Positions 12,255-25,291 of a stretch of DNA of 64,000 bases are shown here, piece after piece. This DNA comes from Octopus sinensis. Its lineage: Eukaryota. The translations under genes were made by a program, and so were the position numbers. The first letter of the stretch is position 1, and every line of letters begins with the position of its first letter. The notes under the pieces were generated by a model. It made no database searches. It was not told the origin of the DNA and worked only from the letters and a program-made list of their open reading frames with translations. Location of the stretch: assembly GCF_006345805.1 (NCBI RefSeq), contig NC_043014.1, positions 31,992,001-32,056,000 of the forward strand, written 5' to 3'.

Positions 12255-12410
12255 ACAGCAAAGAGATGGTAGTCTGTAGGTGCAAATTCCAGAAAATATG
12301 GTTCATGATGCATAATTTTCCAGGCATATTTTCCTAGGACATCTTTGGTCTTTTGTACAGTGTGAGGTCTAGCGTTATCATGATGAAGGATGACAAATTT
12401 TCTGCAATTA
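12255..12410 (-). pseudogene. Second mariner C-terminal fragment fused upstream
   Basis: LHHDNARPH...HEPYFLEFAPTDYHLF; diverged copy of about 11410-11540. Confidence 0.8.
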
Positions 12411-12869
12411 AAACCTTTCACACTACCTCAGTTTCTCAACATCCTTTCATTTTTTCATTATTTCATTTTGTCATTTTTCTGCATCTTTCATCATTTTTTC
12501 TTCCTTGTTCAATTCTGTCATCTTTCATTCTTAGATTTTGGTTTCCCCATCATTAATTGCTAACTTCTTAATTATCACTTCCTTCTACCTGTTCATTCCT
12601 TCTGTCCTTCATTCCTCCTAAACTTAGCTTAACTTCTCTTAGCATAGCACTCCATTCTCACCATCCTACTAATGGCATTGCCCTGTTTTCTCTCTGTACT
12701 ACACCATAACTATGTTGCCTGAGATACACCAATACCTTATTCTATTGACTTTGTCATATTTCAAATAGAACCGAGAAGCTAAGCTCCTTTAAATCTAACT
12801 AGATATTTACTTAAAAAACAAAGAAACAGACAGAACTTTGGTTACAGCCTGATATATACTCTCTTATAA

Positions 12870-13160
12870 ATTCTCCTTTAACTATTCCCATAAAATAAAT
12901 GTCCTGTCAATTTGCCTGTAAACTTTCCTATAAATAAAACGTCTCATGAATCCGCCCACAAATTCTCCTATAAACTCTCCTTAAATATAAATCTCCTATA
13001 AATTCTCTTATAAGTCTTCTATAATACCAATCTAGAAATTCTCCTATAAATTCACCCATAGTATTAATTTCCTTTAAATTCTCCTATAAACTTTCTCATA
13101 ATTTCAATCTCCTATAATACAAATCTCCTATAAAGGCTCCTATAATCTCTCCTTTGTGCT
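12870..13160. repeat. Degenerate (AAATTCTCCTAT)-like short tandem repeat
   Basis: Many ttctcctataaa units. Confidence 0.7.
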
Positions 13161-13339
13161 AGATTTTCATTTAACCTCTCAAGCAAATTAACTGATGTTT
13201 TGATTAGTTTTATGGATGTCAATAATGTCTAATAGATTCTCTAAAAATAAATTAAAAATCTTATAAACGCTTTTATAAATTAAATGTTTTGATTGATTTT
13301 AAGGATCTCAATTACTGAGAGTAAAGTGGTTGTTTAGGC

Positions 13340-13800
13340 AGTATTGTGATGGTAATGCTGGTGTGTTGAGGTAGTGCTGCCGAAGTAGTATTTGTGGTGG
13401 TAGTGGTAGTGTTGTGATGGTGGTAGCTGTGGTGCCAGTGATGGTAATTGTGGTATGGGTGATGTTTTAGTGGTTGTGTTGGTGATGTAGTATTGGTAGT
13501 GTAGTGGTGGTAGTAGTGGTGTAGTAATAACAGTGGTGGTACTATTGGTGGTATTTTGGTGCTGTTGAGATGGTAGTGGCGTGGAGGTGGTATTGATGGT
13601 CTGGTGGTGTTCTACTGGTGGTAGCGGTTGTGTTATGTTAATGGTGATGGTGGTGGTGGTAGTAGTAGTTGTCTTATGTTAATGGTGGTGGTAGTGGTGG
13701 TAGTGTTTGAAAGATTGTGTTGGTGGTGGTAGTGGTGGTGGTGATGATGGTGGTGGTGGTGGCAGTTGTGTTATGGTGATGATGGTGGTACTGGTTGGTG
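13340..13800. repeat. (GGT/GTA)n low-complexity block
   Basis: Direct inspection. Confidence 0.85.
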
Positions 13801-13844
13801 ACGATATGAAAACTACCAGTATTCCTGGTTGTCATATACTTAGA

Positions 13845-14165
13845 GAAGGTACATAGCTTAGTGGTTAGGTTATCCAGCTCACAATCATGAGGTTTTGAGT
13901 TCAATTCCTAGCGGTGCATGTTGTGTCCTAGAGCAAGGCACTTTATTCCACATTGGTCCAGTCACTCAGCTGGCAAAAATGAATTGTACTTGTAGGTCAA
14001 AGGGCCAGCCTTGTCACATTCTATGTCACACTGAATCTCCCTGGGAACTACATTAAGGGTATGTATCTCTGTGGAGTGCTTAGCCAGTTGCACATTAATT
14101 TTATAAGCAGGCTGTTCCATTGATTGTATGAAGTGGAGCAGTTGTCATTGTAATTGACAGTGAGC
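13845..14165 (+). mobile_element. SINE family C
   Basis: A/B-box head aggtacatagcttagtggtt..gagttcaattcc; body as at 2908. Confidence 0.8.
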
Positions 14166-14180
14166 CAGATCATATACTTG

Positions 14181-15020
14181 CCCTTTGGCATTCAAATCAG
14201 CCATATCAGACCCAAATTTATTTACTGGTTTTATGTTTAAACTGGCCAGTTCTGGCCTCTCACACCTACTTTCCAATGTCATTCTAAAAGCAAACAATCG
14301 CATCATTGAACTCTGAAAGGTACATGATAATGCTTGATTAATTCAAAGTGATGTGAATAAATAAGCATTGCATTTGACAGAGTAATCCAAATGCTAAAAG
14401 GTTACGTAGAATCTTTGTACAACCATGTAGTCTGAATACACCAAAAAGATAATCATGAATGGAAAGCCTTTGACCATAAGTATGCTAGATCAGGGCTGAC
14501 CTGGGTCTAAACAGCAATAACAACATTATTTTCTAATTCTTTAGCCCTTTAGCATTTCAACTGGCCATCTTCAGCCAAAATATTCTACCTGTTTTATTAT
14601 TCAAACTGGCCTTATCTCACACTGAGACTGCAATGTCATTCTAAAGATAAATAATCACATCATCAAAATATTGAAGCTACAAGATAATGCATGATTAATT
14701 CAAAACAATGTGAATAAATAAGTATGAAATTTGATAGAGAAATCTGAATGCTGAAGGATTAAAAATAGGATATGAACAATAATATAGTCTGAATATACCA
14801 AAAAGATAATCCCAAATGGAAAGCCTTTGGCCATAAGCTGACTAGATCAGGACCAACCTGGGTCTCAACTGCAATGACAAGAAAATCCTCCAATTCTTTA
14901 ACCATTTAGTATTTAAACTTGCCATATCTGGTCAAAATAATCTATCTGTTTTATGTTCAAAGTGAATAGATTCATCCTCTTACACCTACAGTACAATAAC
15001 ATTCTAAAAATAAACATTCA
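14181..15020. mobile_element. Array of piggyBac-like MITEs alternating with a retroposon-tail spacer (MITE-spacer-MITE-spacer-MITE)
   Basis: Three copies of the ~220-bp element seen intact at 49828-50047, separated by two copies of gtctgaata.accaaaaagataatc..ggaaagcctttg..ctagatcagg..cctgggtct. Confidence 0.75.
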
Positions 15021-15349
15021 CACCAGCCCATAAGGGATATTTGCTGAGATACTCACACTATCATATGAAGTAAAATACATGATAATCTGTTTATAGTTAA
15101 GAATGAGTTGAAAAAGTATAGGATTATGAGATTCCTTTGGTCCTGTCCTATCAGAGTTTATTCTACCTGTCGAGTGGAAATAAATCTAGTTTGCAATATG
15201 AAGGGCATCCAGCCATAGAAATCAAACCAAATGACATATATGAGCATCAGTTTATTATGAAAGTAGGAGAAGTGGTTACCGACAGGAAATATTTCAGGCT
15301 GTGACAACACATCCGATACATGCTAGCATGGAAAATGGATATAAAATAA

Positions 15350-15890
15350 TGATGAGGAGGTGGAGGACAATGATAGCGATGATGATAATGACAGTGATGA
15401 TGATGATGATGATGAGGAGGAGGAGGAGGAGGAGGAATGCAGGGTAGATTTCTCTGCAAACCACAATACAATGAAATATATTCACAGAAAATTGAACCAT
15501 CAAACTCCTGCTTCAATCACATACTGCTCTGCTATTAAAAACCATCAGCACCACCACCACCACCACCACCACCACCACCACCTCCACCACCACCACCACC
15601 ACCACCACCACCACCACCGTCACCACCACCACGACTGCTATTGCTGCCACTGCCGCTCCTGCCACAACTGCTACCACTATCACCACCGCAATCTAGTAAG
15701 AGAATGTGCCACCATCATCACCCACCTACATACCACCACCGCCACCCCACCACTACCACCACCACCACCACCACCACCACCACCACCACTACCACCACCA
15801 CCACCGCCGCCACCGCCGCCACCACCGCCACCACCAACACTGCTGCCACCACCACCATCACCACCACCACCACCACTCTGCCGCCATTTT
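15350..15890. repeat. (GAT)n/(GAG)n then (CAC)n microsatellites
   Basis: Direct inspection. Confidence 0.9.
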
Positions 15891-16364
15891 ATCCTCCTCC
15901 TCCCCACCATCATGGATTAGCGTTTTTAGAAATCCTACTGACAACTGGGCTGTTGCCAATTGCCTTCTCCCTTTCACATTGTAAGGTCCAGCTTTTGGCC
16001 CTCCTCCATTCCAATGAATTCCCCTAATTTCTGGTTTGGTCTGGTTTGCAAGGAATTTATACAAAATTATACTCTGTGGCGGACAGATGGTGGTGGTGGT
16101 GGTGGTGGTGGTTGTGGTGGAAATGCTGATGGTTGCAGTGCTAATGATGATGATGATGATGATAGTAGTATAGGTGTTAGCGATGGGTTTGCAAGGGGCT
16201 GTAGCACTGATTGCTGTAGTTGTAGTAGTGCAAAAATAACCTCCACTCTGTTTCAACAACTTGTACAATTATGACTGAATTATGGTCATTATATTTATTA
16301 TTTCTTTTGTATGAAACAAGGCAAATTTTTGTGTGCAAGTGCCCCACAACCACCACCACACACG

Positions 16365-16402
<38 letters not shown>

Positions 16403-16511
16403 TATACACATATCTTCCTCTCAATGTTACTACCATCACCAACACTACCAACAACAACAACAACACCTCCACCATTCTCATTGGGCTTTGTAATTCTCTA
16501 ATTAATTACAG

Positions 16512-16547
16512 TATTTTGTGATGAACCAGGGCAGTACAATGGTACAG
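16512..16547 (+). CDS. Weak candidate micro-exon (FCDEPGQYNGT or YFVMNQGSTMVQ)
   Basis: ttctctaattaattacag| 36 nt CAG|gtagaa; phase-compatible with 20005-20066. Confidence 0.2.
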
Positions 16548-16606
16548 GTAGAATTAGAACACATCGCTCCAGGATGAAACCTCTTCTTTTAGATCTTTTG
16601 GTGTGG

Positions 16607-16950
16607 ATGTGTGGTAAGAAGTTAGTTTCCCAACCTCATGGATCTGCTTTCCATCCCACTGCATGGCATCTTAGGCAAGTGTCATCTACTTTAGTCTTGG
16701 GCTGATCAAAGCTTTGTGAGTGGATTTGGTAGACAGAAACTGAAAGAAGTCCATCATATACCTATATATATATGCTTATATATATATATATGCATATATA
16801 AATGTGTGTGTGTGTGTGTCCTTGTGATTGTATTTGTTCCCCACTGTCACTTGACAACTGGTGTTGGTTTGTTCACATCCACATAACTTGGCAGTCCAGC
16901 AACAGAGACCAACAGAATAAGGTGCCAGGTTTAAGAAAATAAGCACTGAT
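16607..16950 (+). mobile_element. SINE family A, degraded
   Basis: Colinear with 17991-18386. Confidence 0.8.
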
Positions 16951-17061
16951 GAAATACCGCTAAGCATTTTGCCTAGTGCAATCATGATTCTGCTAGTTTA
17001 CCACCTTAAGCCTGATGTAAGCATCAAGGAAAAAGTGATAATATTATATTAATTATCACTA

Positions 17062-17492
17062 AAGCACAGGCATGGTTGAGTGGTAAGAAGCTTGCTTCCC
17101 AACCACATGGTTCCAGGTTCAGTCCCACTGCATGACACCTTGGGCATGTGTCTTCTACTATAGCCTCAAGCTGACCAAAGCCTTGTGAGAGGATTTGGTT
17201 GACAGAAACTGAAAGAAGCCTGTTGTATATATATATAATATATATATATATGTATATGCTTGTGTGTGTATGTGACTTAGTGTCCATGTTTGTCCCCCCA
17301 CCATTGCTTGACAACTGATGTTGATGTGTTTACATCCCTGTAACTTAATGGTTTGGCAAAAGAGACCGATAGAATAAGTACTAGGATTACAAACTGTAAG
17401 TCCTGGGGTCGATTTCTTTGACTAAAAGACATTCAAAGCGGTGCTCCAGCATGGCCACAGTTAAATGACTGAAACTTGTTAAAGAATAAAAG
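17062..17492 (+). mobile_element. SINE family A, full-length
   Basis: Head ggttcagtcccactgc; tail aaagaataaaag. Confidence 0.9.
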
Positions 17493-17990
17493 TATAGTAA
17501 GATACCAATTCATTAGAATATTGTTTAGAAGTGTGCTAAAACACTATAAATAATTTTTTTGGAATTAAAACTATTATGGTACTTAAGGAATGTGTACAAG
17601 TTCATTTGTAATTGATACAAATGGAATGAGAGAGACTCAGACAAATTACTAATTAGGATAGACAATATCATATTCTGCAGAAAATAGCCATTCTAGAATA
17701 GATATAGGTATGTTCCTGTAAATAGTTGTACAAAAATAGACAGAGGCAATAGCTTATCAATTCATTCTTAATATGTTCTGGCAGATTAGGAAATGAATAT
17801 CTGATTGCTGTTGTTTATTTGCCACTAAAGAACACCTCTTTTTAAGCAATGTGTGTTCACAACACGTGATTCACTAGAGTCTCTGTAAGGAGTCTTTGAG
17901 ACACCATAGTATTTTGACCTTGTCGTATGTCTCCTCAATCAAAACTACTTCACATTGTTCTGTGTGTGCCCCTCGAATCATTACACTGTG

Positions 17991-18386
17991 TAGTGGCTGT
18001 GTGGTAAGTAGCTTGCTAACCAACCACATGGTTCCGGGTTCAGTCCCACTGTGTGGCATCTTGGGCAAGTGTCTTCTGCTATAGCCCCGGGCCGACCAAT
18101 GCCTTGTGAGTGGATTTGGTAGACGGAAACTGGAAGAAGCCTGTCGTATATATGTATATATATATATATGTGTTTGTGTGTCTGTGTTTGTCCCCCTAGC
18201 ATTGCTTGACAACCGATGCTGGTGTGTTTATGTCCCTGTCACTTAGCGGTTCGGCAAAAAGAGACCGATAGAATAAGTACTGGGCTTACAAAGAATAAGT
18301 CCCGGGGTCGATTTGCTCGACTAAAGGCGGTGTTCCAGTATGGCCGCAGTCAAATGACTGAAACAAGTAAAAGAGTAAAAGAGAGT
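17991..18386 (+). mobile_element. SINE family A, young full-length copy
   Basis: Close match to the reverse complement of 7415-7823. Confidence 0.9.
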
Positions 18387-19124
18387 ATGACTTTTGTCCT
18401 TGGATAGCAATTGTTATTCCTATTTACTTACCCCTAGACGGTATGAAAAATGGCTAATATTTCCTTCAAACTGCGTTTGTTACATTTATTCAAACACCAT
18501 AGAATCCCTCTCAACACAGGGCTATGATGCTCCCCTACTCTAGCTCATGATCAGAGATGCACATATTGTCAGCCACTAAGGGACATGCTGAAGTGGTTAA
18601 GGTCAGGCAACTGAGAAGCAAATCTGTGGTGTTGAGCAGAATATTTGCTATAACAATATTTCTGCTTCAGCAACTCAGTACTGAATCTGTCTGAAATGCA
18701 ATGGAAAATAAGTCAGTTTCAAAACATTGATGTCCAGGTCGCAAAAGCAAAGTCTGAAGGGAATAGTAGTCATTTCCTTTGATTTCTTGATAGAAGCAAA
18801 TAAGAAATAACACTGACTGACTAAAAACAATAAATAAATAAATAAATAAATAAATGAAAATTTTGTTACACAATGTTATCTGTTAGGTAGACATCTGCAC
18901 AAAAAATAATTTGTTTGCTGATTCCTATAAAGAAGAGCTCTTGTTAGACTCACTGATCTGGCCTGAGGTAGTTTCAACTGACAAAACCCACAAAGAGGTC
19001 AAAACACAGCAGTGCTTCTTGAGGCCTCCTTACACCAGTAAACTGGTAAATCATGTGTATGTTATGAACTCACATCATCTAAAAAATGATACATTTCCTG
19101 GTGCTGCATTTCTACAGACATATT

Positions 19125-19283
19125 AGGCGTTAGTAAGGGCATCCAGCTGTAGAAGCACTGCTAGATCAGACTGGAGCCTGGTGCAGCCTCCTGGCTTCCC
19201 AGACCCCGGTCGAACTGTCCAACCCATGCTAGCACGGAAAACGGACGTTAAACGATGATGATGATGATGATGATGATGATGAT
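19125..19283 (+). mobile_element. Retroposon 3' end with (GAT)n tail (RTE-type tail)
   Basis: aagggcatccagctgtagaa..ccaacccatgctagcacggaaaacggacgttaaac(gat)n; relatives at 40255-40520 and 25105-25245 (minus). Confidence 0.75.
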
Positions 19284-19589
19284 ATTAGTAAAACATTTCT
19301 CCAAATTATAAATTTAATCAGGCATCAGCTAAATTATGTTGATTCCAGTATCCTTCCATATTTGTTGAAAGTTTTGAAGAAATAGAAAGCCAAAGAAGAA
19401 AAGCAGTTTTAAAAAACTGTAACAAATAATATAAACTTGTAACAAATAATGTAGTCATAGACACATTACTTCTGATAAAATGAAGACAGAAACGAAAAAC
19501 AAAACAAGTTTATTACAACAGGAATGAAGGATAAAGAATAAAAAGAATGAAGGATAAAAATTCTTTCAGAGTCAAAGGATAAAGGTCCT

Positions 19590-19822
19590 TTCTGAGTCAT
19601 ATAGACTCAAAGGGCTGATTCCCTGGTTTCTGTGGAGTATATGTATCCCACCTGGATGGGACACAAGTCCATTGTAAGGTAACTCATTTTTGCTAGGTGA
19701 GTGGACTGGATTAATGTGAAATGAAGCGTTTTGCTCAAGAACATGTGTTGCCTGGTCCAGGAATTGAAACTGCAGTCTTATGATCATGAGTCCAATACCC
19801 TAACCACTAAGCCACGTGCCTC
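19590..19822 (-). mobile_element. SINE family C variant
   Basis: Minus-strand head ggaggcacgtggcttagtggtt..; same as 42803. Confidence 0.8.
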
Positions 19823-20004
19823 CAACTTCTTTCATATGTCTGTGGGATGAAGACTGACCAAGGGCTAAACAACAATAACAGCAAACAGCACCACAGATCC
19901 AAAGGATCACTTGCTGCCATTTCCAGGGGAGAATGGAACTGAATAGTTTTAGCAGCAGAAGGATTAGATAGTGAAGTGGTAACATTCATATTTTCTCTCA
20001 ACAG

Positions 20005-20066
20005 AATTATCAACATTTGTGAGGAAAAGAGTTGGATTCAATGAGGGATTTGAAACTGGGTTGCAG
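20005..20066 (+). CDS. Candidate exon ((E)LSTFVRKRVGFNEGFETGLQ)
   Basis: attttctctcaacag| 62 nt CAG|gtatgt; strong splice-site matches, one open frame, unique sequence. Confidence 0.35.
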
Positions 20067-20149
20067 GTATGTGCCTCATGCAGTTTACCTCCTACTTTAC
20101 TCTACAGATAGTTTAGTCCTTCTTTGTGGAGCTTAGGAATATTGGTGCT

Positions 20150-20650
20150 GTTAATGATAATGATGATGAGGATTATCATGATGGTCATCACTATCATTAT
20201 CATCATCATCATCGTTGTATCTTCATCATCATTATCATCATCATCATCATCATCATCATTATTGTCATCATTATCATCATCATCGTCATCGTCATCGTCA
20301 TCATGATCATGATCCTCCTCCTCCTCCTCCTCTTCATCATCATCATCATCATCGTCGTCGTCGTCACCATCATCGTCGTCGGTGTTGTCATTGCCATTGT
20401 TATCATCATCATCATTGTTGTCGTCATCATTGTTATCCTCGTCATCATCATCATCACCATCCTCATCATCATCGTTGTCATTATCGTTGTCATCATCAGA
20501 ATCATTATCATCGTTGTTGTCATTGTCATTATTGTCATCATTATCATCACCATCATCGTCATCATCATCATGGTCATCGTCGTCATCATTATCGTTGTTC
20601 TTGTCCTCGTCATCACCATCATCTTCATCATCATCAGCAGCAGCAGCATC
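20150..20650. repeat. (CAT)n/(CGT)n microsatellite
   Basis: Direct inspection; source of the poly-D/H/I/S/M ORFs. Confidence 0.95.
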
Positions 20651-20859
20651 AACAGGCTGGAATGTCAAATTACATGAAAACCATCCATATCTCATTTATT
20701 ACCATCGCTCCCAAACCCTACCCCTACGCCCACCCCAATCCCCTTTCATATCTGCCCCCTCCACCCCCGCCCCCTTACCATCTTTACCAGCCTGCAATTG
20801 ACAAACTAATTTCCTTGATGAGGATAATTTACAAACAGCTGAAATCTCAGGAGGATTTC

Positions 20860-21460
20860 CAATCACACACACACATATACACACACACACACATACGCAC
20901 ACATACATACACACACATTGACGAAAACATATGCAATCACACACACATGCACATACATGCATGCACATACACATGCACACATACAAATGTTCATAAATAT
21001 AAATCTATAAGCGCATGCTATACGTAAAACACATACGCATGCAAATGCATGCATGTACATACATAAATATACACAATTATATACACACACACATATGCAT
21101 ACGCATACACACTTGTATGTATATATATATATATACATACATATATATATATACATATATATACATACACTCATACATACAAACAAACACACACACACAC
21201 ACATACATGTATGTCAACATACATATGCAGATCCATTCATAAGCATGCACACTCACACACAAATGTATACTTACATACATACATACATACATACACTAAC
21301 ATATACATATATATACTCATACATACACTTTCACCCATATACACAAATACATACAAACATTCACATATATGCCACATGCATATATATACATATATACATA
21401 TGTACGAACACACACTTACACAATCATAAACACACACGTAAACTTAAATTCTCACATCTC
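20860..21460. repeat. (CA)n/(TA)n/(CATA)n low-complexity block
   Basis: Direct inspection. Confidence 0.9.
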
Positions 21461-21819
21461 TACTATGGTGACTACATGAAGAAATTGTGACAGTAGCGGA
21501 GGTGGTGGTGGGGTTGATGGTGGTGGTGATAGTGGTGGTGTGGTGGTGGTGGTGGTGGTTGTCATGATGCCTTAGTGGATGACTTCTACTTTAAGCTATC
21601 TCAAACTACCCCTCCCTCCTTCATCGATGATTATGGTGATGGTGATGGTGATGGTGATTGTGATGATGGTGGTAGTTGTGATGGTGATATTGTTGTTGTT
21701 GTTGCTGGTGGTGTGATGTAAGTTGACTTCCATTTTACACTACCTCCCACTGTATCTCCTCACAGATGCCACATTGGTTTTTGGAGGTAGGAGTGATGAT
21801 GATGACAATGATGATGATG

Positions 21820-21850
<31 letters not shown>

Positions 21851-22048
21851 TGGTGGTGACAAGGACGATAATGATGGTGATGATGGTGATGATGATGATG
21901 ATCTTGATGATGATGACGATGATGATGGTGACAATGACGACGACAGCAATGATAGTGATAATGGTGATGATGATGATGGCAAGTGCGTGTGTGTGTGTGT
22001 GCTTGAAATAGGTGAGAAAGAAGTGGTGGTGAAGGTGTGTATGTTTTT

Positions 22049-22080
<32 letters not shown>

Positions 22081-22088
<8 letters not shown>

Positions 22089-22228
22089 TAAGAGCAAGAG
22101 AGAGTAAGAGCAAGAGAGAGTAAGAGCGAGAGAGAGTAAGAGCGAGAGAGAGTAAGAGCAAGAGAGAGTAAGAGCGAGAGAGAGTAAGAGCGAGAGAGAG
22201 TAAGAGCGAGAGAGAGAGAGTAAGAGCA
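22081..22228. repeat. 16-bp minisatellite (AGAGAGAGTAAGAGCR) x~9
   Basis: Direct inspection. Confidence 0.9.
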
Positions 22229-22419
22229 AGAGAGAGAGAGGGAGTGAGAAAGAGAGGGAAAGAGAGGGGTAGTGTTGGTGGTGGTGGTGGTGGTGGTAGG
22301 TAAATGCAGTCATTTTTAGATCCTACCATTATAAGGTTAATCTCCTGTCAAAGGAGGTACATAAATTTATCTTTACATTCAACTTGCACCTGCATCTGTA
22401 TTCAAACATCTAGTTAGAA

Positions 22420-23230
22420 GCTGCACCACCACTACCACTACCACTACCACCAATATTATTACTACTACCCTCACCATCACAAAAGCCATCACTATCACCA
22501 CCATCACCACCACCACCACCACCTTCAATACTAGTAATACTACCCTCACCATCACAAAAGCCATCACAATCATCACCTCCATAACCATTACTACATCTAC
22601 GACCACCACCACTTCACTACCACTTCACCACCACCACCACCACCACCACCACAACTTCACCACCAGAACCAGCACCAGCACCACCACCACCACCACCACC
22701 ACTTCACCACCGCCACCACTTCACCACCATCACCACTATTATCACCAACCACTACCCCAAGCACTACCATCCTCCACTATCACCACCACCACTTTTGCCA
22801 CTATCACTACCACTACTAACACAGTCATTATCATCACCAGCAGCACCACCAGCACTACCACCAATACCACTACCTTCAACATTATCAACAACACTACCAC
22901 GACCATCAACACTACCTCAAGCACTAACACAAACACTACAATACCCACTATCATCACCACCACCACCAACACACCTATGGACGCTACCACCACCACCAAC
23001 ACCTCAACCACCACACCCACCGACTCTACCACCATCACTTCCTATATCATCAATACTACTACATTAACACTACCACCATTAATTAATACCACTATCACCC
23101 TCACCATCACAACAGTCTTCACCGCCATCAACACTACCACCATCATACCACCAGCACCACCTCCACTACTACTTCTACTACTAATACTACTACTACTACA
23201 TGTCAACACCATCATTTCTACTATCTCCCC
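22420..23230. repeat. (CAC/TAC)n low-complexity block
   Basis: Direct inspection. Confidence 0.85.
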
Positions 23231-23252
23231 ACCATCTTTCCATCATCACAGT

Positions 23253-23430
23253 GAGGGGTGTGGTGAGTGGTGTGGTAAGTGGTATGATGAATGGTGTAGT
23301 GAGTGGTGTAGCGAGTGGTGTGGTGAGTGGTGTGGTGAGTGGTGTGGTGAGTGGTATGGCAAGTGGACTAGCGAGTGGTGTGGTGAGTGGTGGGGTGAGT
23401 GGTGGGGAGAGGGGGTGGGTGAACTGTGGA
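23253..23430. repeat. 12-bp minisatellite (GAGTGGTGTGGT)n
   Basis: Direct inspection. Confidence 0.85.
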
Positions 23431-24109
23431 GTGAATGGCGGGGTTGAGGGGTAGCACTCTTGTGGGTATGATACTTTTGGGTCTGCTTTAAAAGCCTGTA
23501 TAGGAAATATGGGGTTGGGGACAGCATACTAAGGGGTTACCCTGGGTAGCACACTTTCTAGCTGTGCCACTACATTATCATTGGTATTACCAGCATAAGC
23601 CTATGAGGCTACCTCTAAGTTTTGGTTCGATCTTCTAGAAAAAGCAGCCAAATGACCCTAAAAGAAATCACATCTAACTCTTTTAAAGGTCACATTAGAA
23701 AATGTAATCCTATAGATTTATAAACAGACAGGATGGTCGTGGTTGGAAGTTTTGATCAACGGTCTGTTTCATTGATCAGGATTAACCTGGGGTTAAATGG
23801 CAGAAAAACACCATAGTGCAATCATTACCATTAACCCTGCTGTCACCACCACCATCTCTGCTCTTCTACCACCACTGCAGCCACTGCTACCACCACTACT
23901 ACAAATGCCACCACTGCAACCTGTACCCCTAATACTTGGGTACTGCACTGCCACTATCAACACTACTACAAACACCACCAATACTGCTACCCATGCAAAC
24001 ATCAGATTATGATCAATTTCATTAACACTATTACCACCACCACCACCACCAATACCACCACCTCCACCACTACCAACAACAACCACACTACTATCATTAT
24101 CACCACTAA

Positions 24110-24223
24110 AACCATCTATCATTGTCATCATCATCAAGATCATCATCATTACCTCTGTCATCATCCTCATCATTGTCATCATCATCATCATCATCATCAC
24201 CATTGTCATCATCCTCATCATTG

Positions 24224-24256
<33 letters not shown>

Positions 24257-24395
24257 CCATCACCATCACCACCATCATCATCATCATCATCATCATCATC
24301 ATTATCATCATCCTCATCATCAGCTTCATAATCATCATCACCATCGTCATTATCTGCATCATTGTCATTGTCATCATCATCATCATCATCATTAG
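24110..24395. repeat. (CAT)n microsatellite
   Basis: Direct inspection. Confidence 0.95.
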
Positions 24396-24515
24396 TATCA
24401 TTTTCTTTTGGCATAAATTTATTGGTGTATTAACTCTCCTTTCTACCAATTATGCACACTCTCACCATACACACACACCACACACACACATACACAAATA
24501 TACACAAATGAACAT

Positions 24516-24910
24516 AGGTGCAAGAGTGGTTGTGTGGTAAGTAGCTTGCTTCCCAACCACATGGTTTTGGGTTCAGTCCCACAAATGTCTTCTACTATAG
24601 CTTTGGGCTGATCAAAGCCTTGTGAGTGGATTTGGTAGATGGAAACTGAAAGAAGCCCGTCGTATATGTGTGTGTGTGTGTGTATGTATGTGTATGATTG
24701 TGTTTCTGTATTTGTCCCCTTACTATTGCTTGACAACCAATGTTGGTGTGTTTACATCCTTGTAACTTAACGGTTTGGCAAAAAGAGACCGACCGATTAA
24801 GTACTAGGCTACAAAGAATAAGTCCTGGGGTCAATTTGATTGACTAAGGGTGGTGCTCCAGCATGGCTGCAGTCAAATGACTGAAGCAAATAAAAGAATA
24901 AAAGAATAAA
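24516..24910 (+). mobile_element. SINE family A
   Basis: Colinear with 17991-18386. Confidence 0.85.
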
Positions 24911-24973
24911 ATGAACATATAATTATTTGTACTACATGTGTGTGTACATGTTTGAATGTATATACATGTACAC

Positions 24974-25103
24974 ACATGTATATTCATATACAAAACTTCA
25001 TAGGCACACATACACACATACGTACACACCCACATGTGTGTACATGTATATTCATATACAAAACTTCATAGGCACACATACACACATACGTACACACCCA
25101 CAC
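24974..25103. repeat. 68-bp tandem duplication x2
   Basis: acatgtatattcatatacaaaacttcataggc.. at 24974 and 25042. Confidence 0.85.
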
Positions 25104-25291
25104 ATATATATCATCATCATCATTATTATCATTTAACATCCATGTTTCATGTTTGCATGGGTTAGAAGGATTGATAAGGACCTGATGTGTCGAAGGACTG
25201 AACCAGGTTTCAGTGTCTGCATCAGTATGGTTTCTATGGCTGGATATACACATACATACATATATATATACATATATGTATATATATATAT

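Noticed and set aside
21718-21786. GTAAGT..CAG 48-nt mini-intron and 21-nt MPHWFLE exon
   Set aside because: It is embedded in microsatellites with no open upstream coding context; likely chance.
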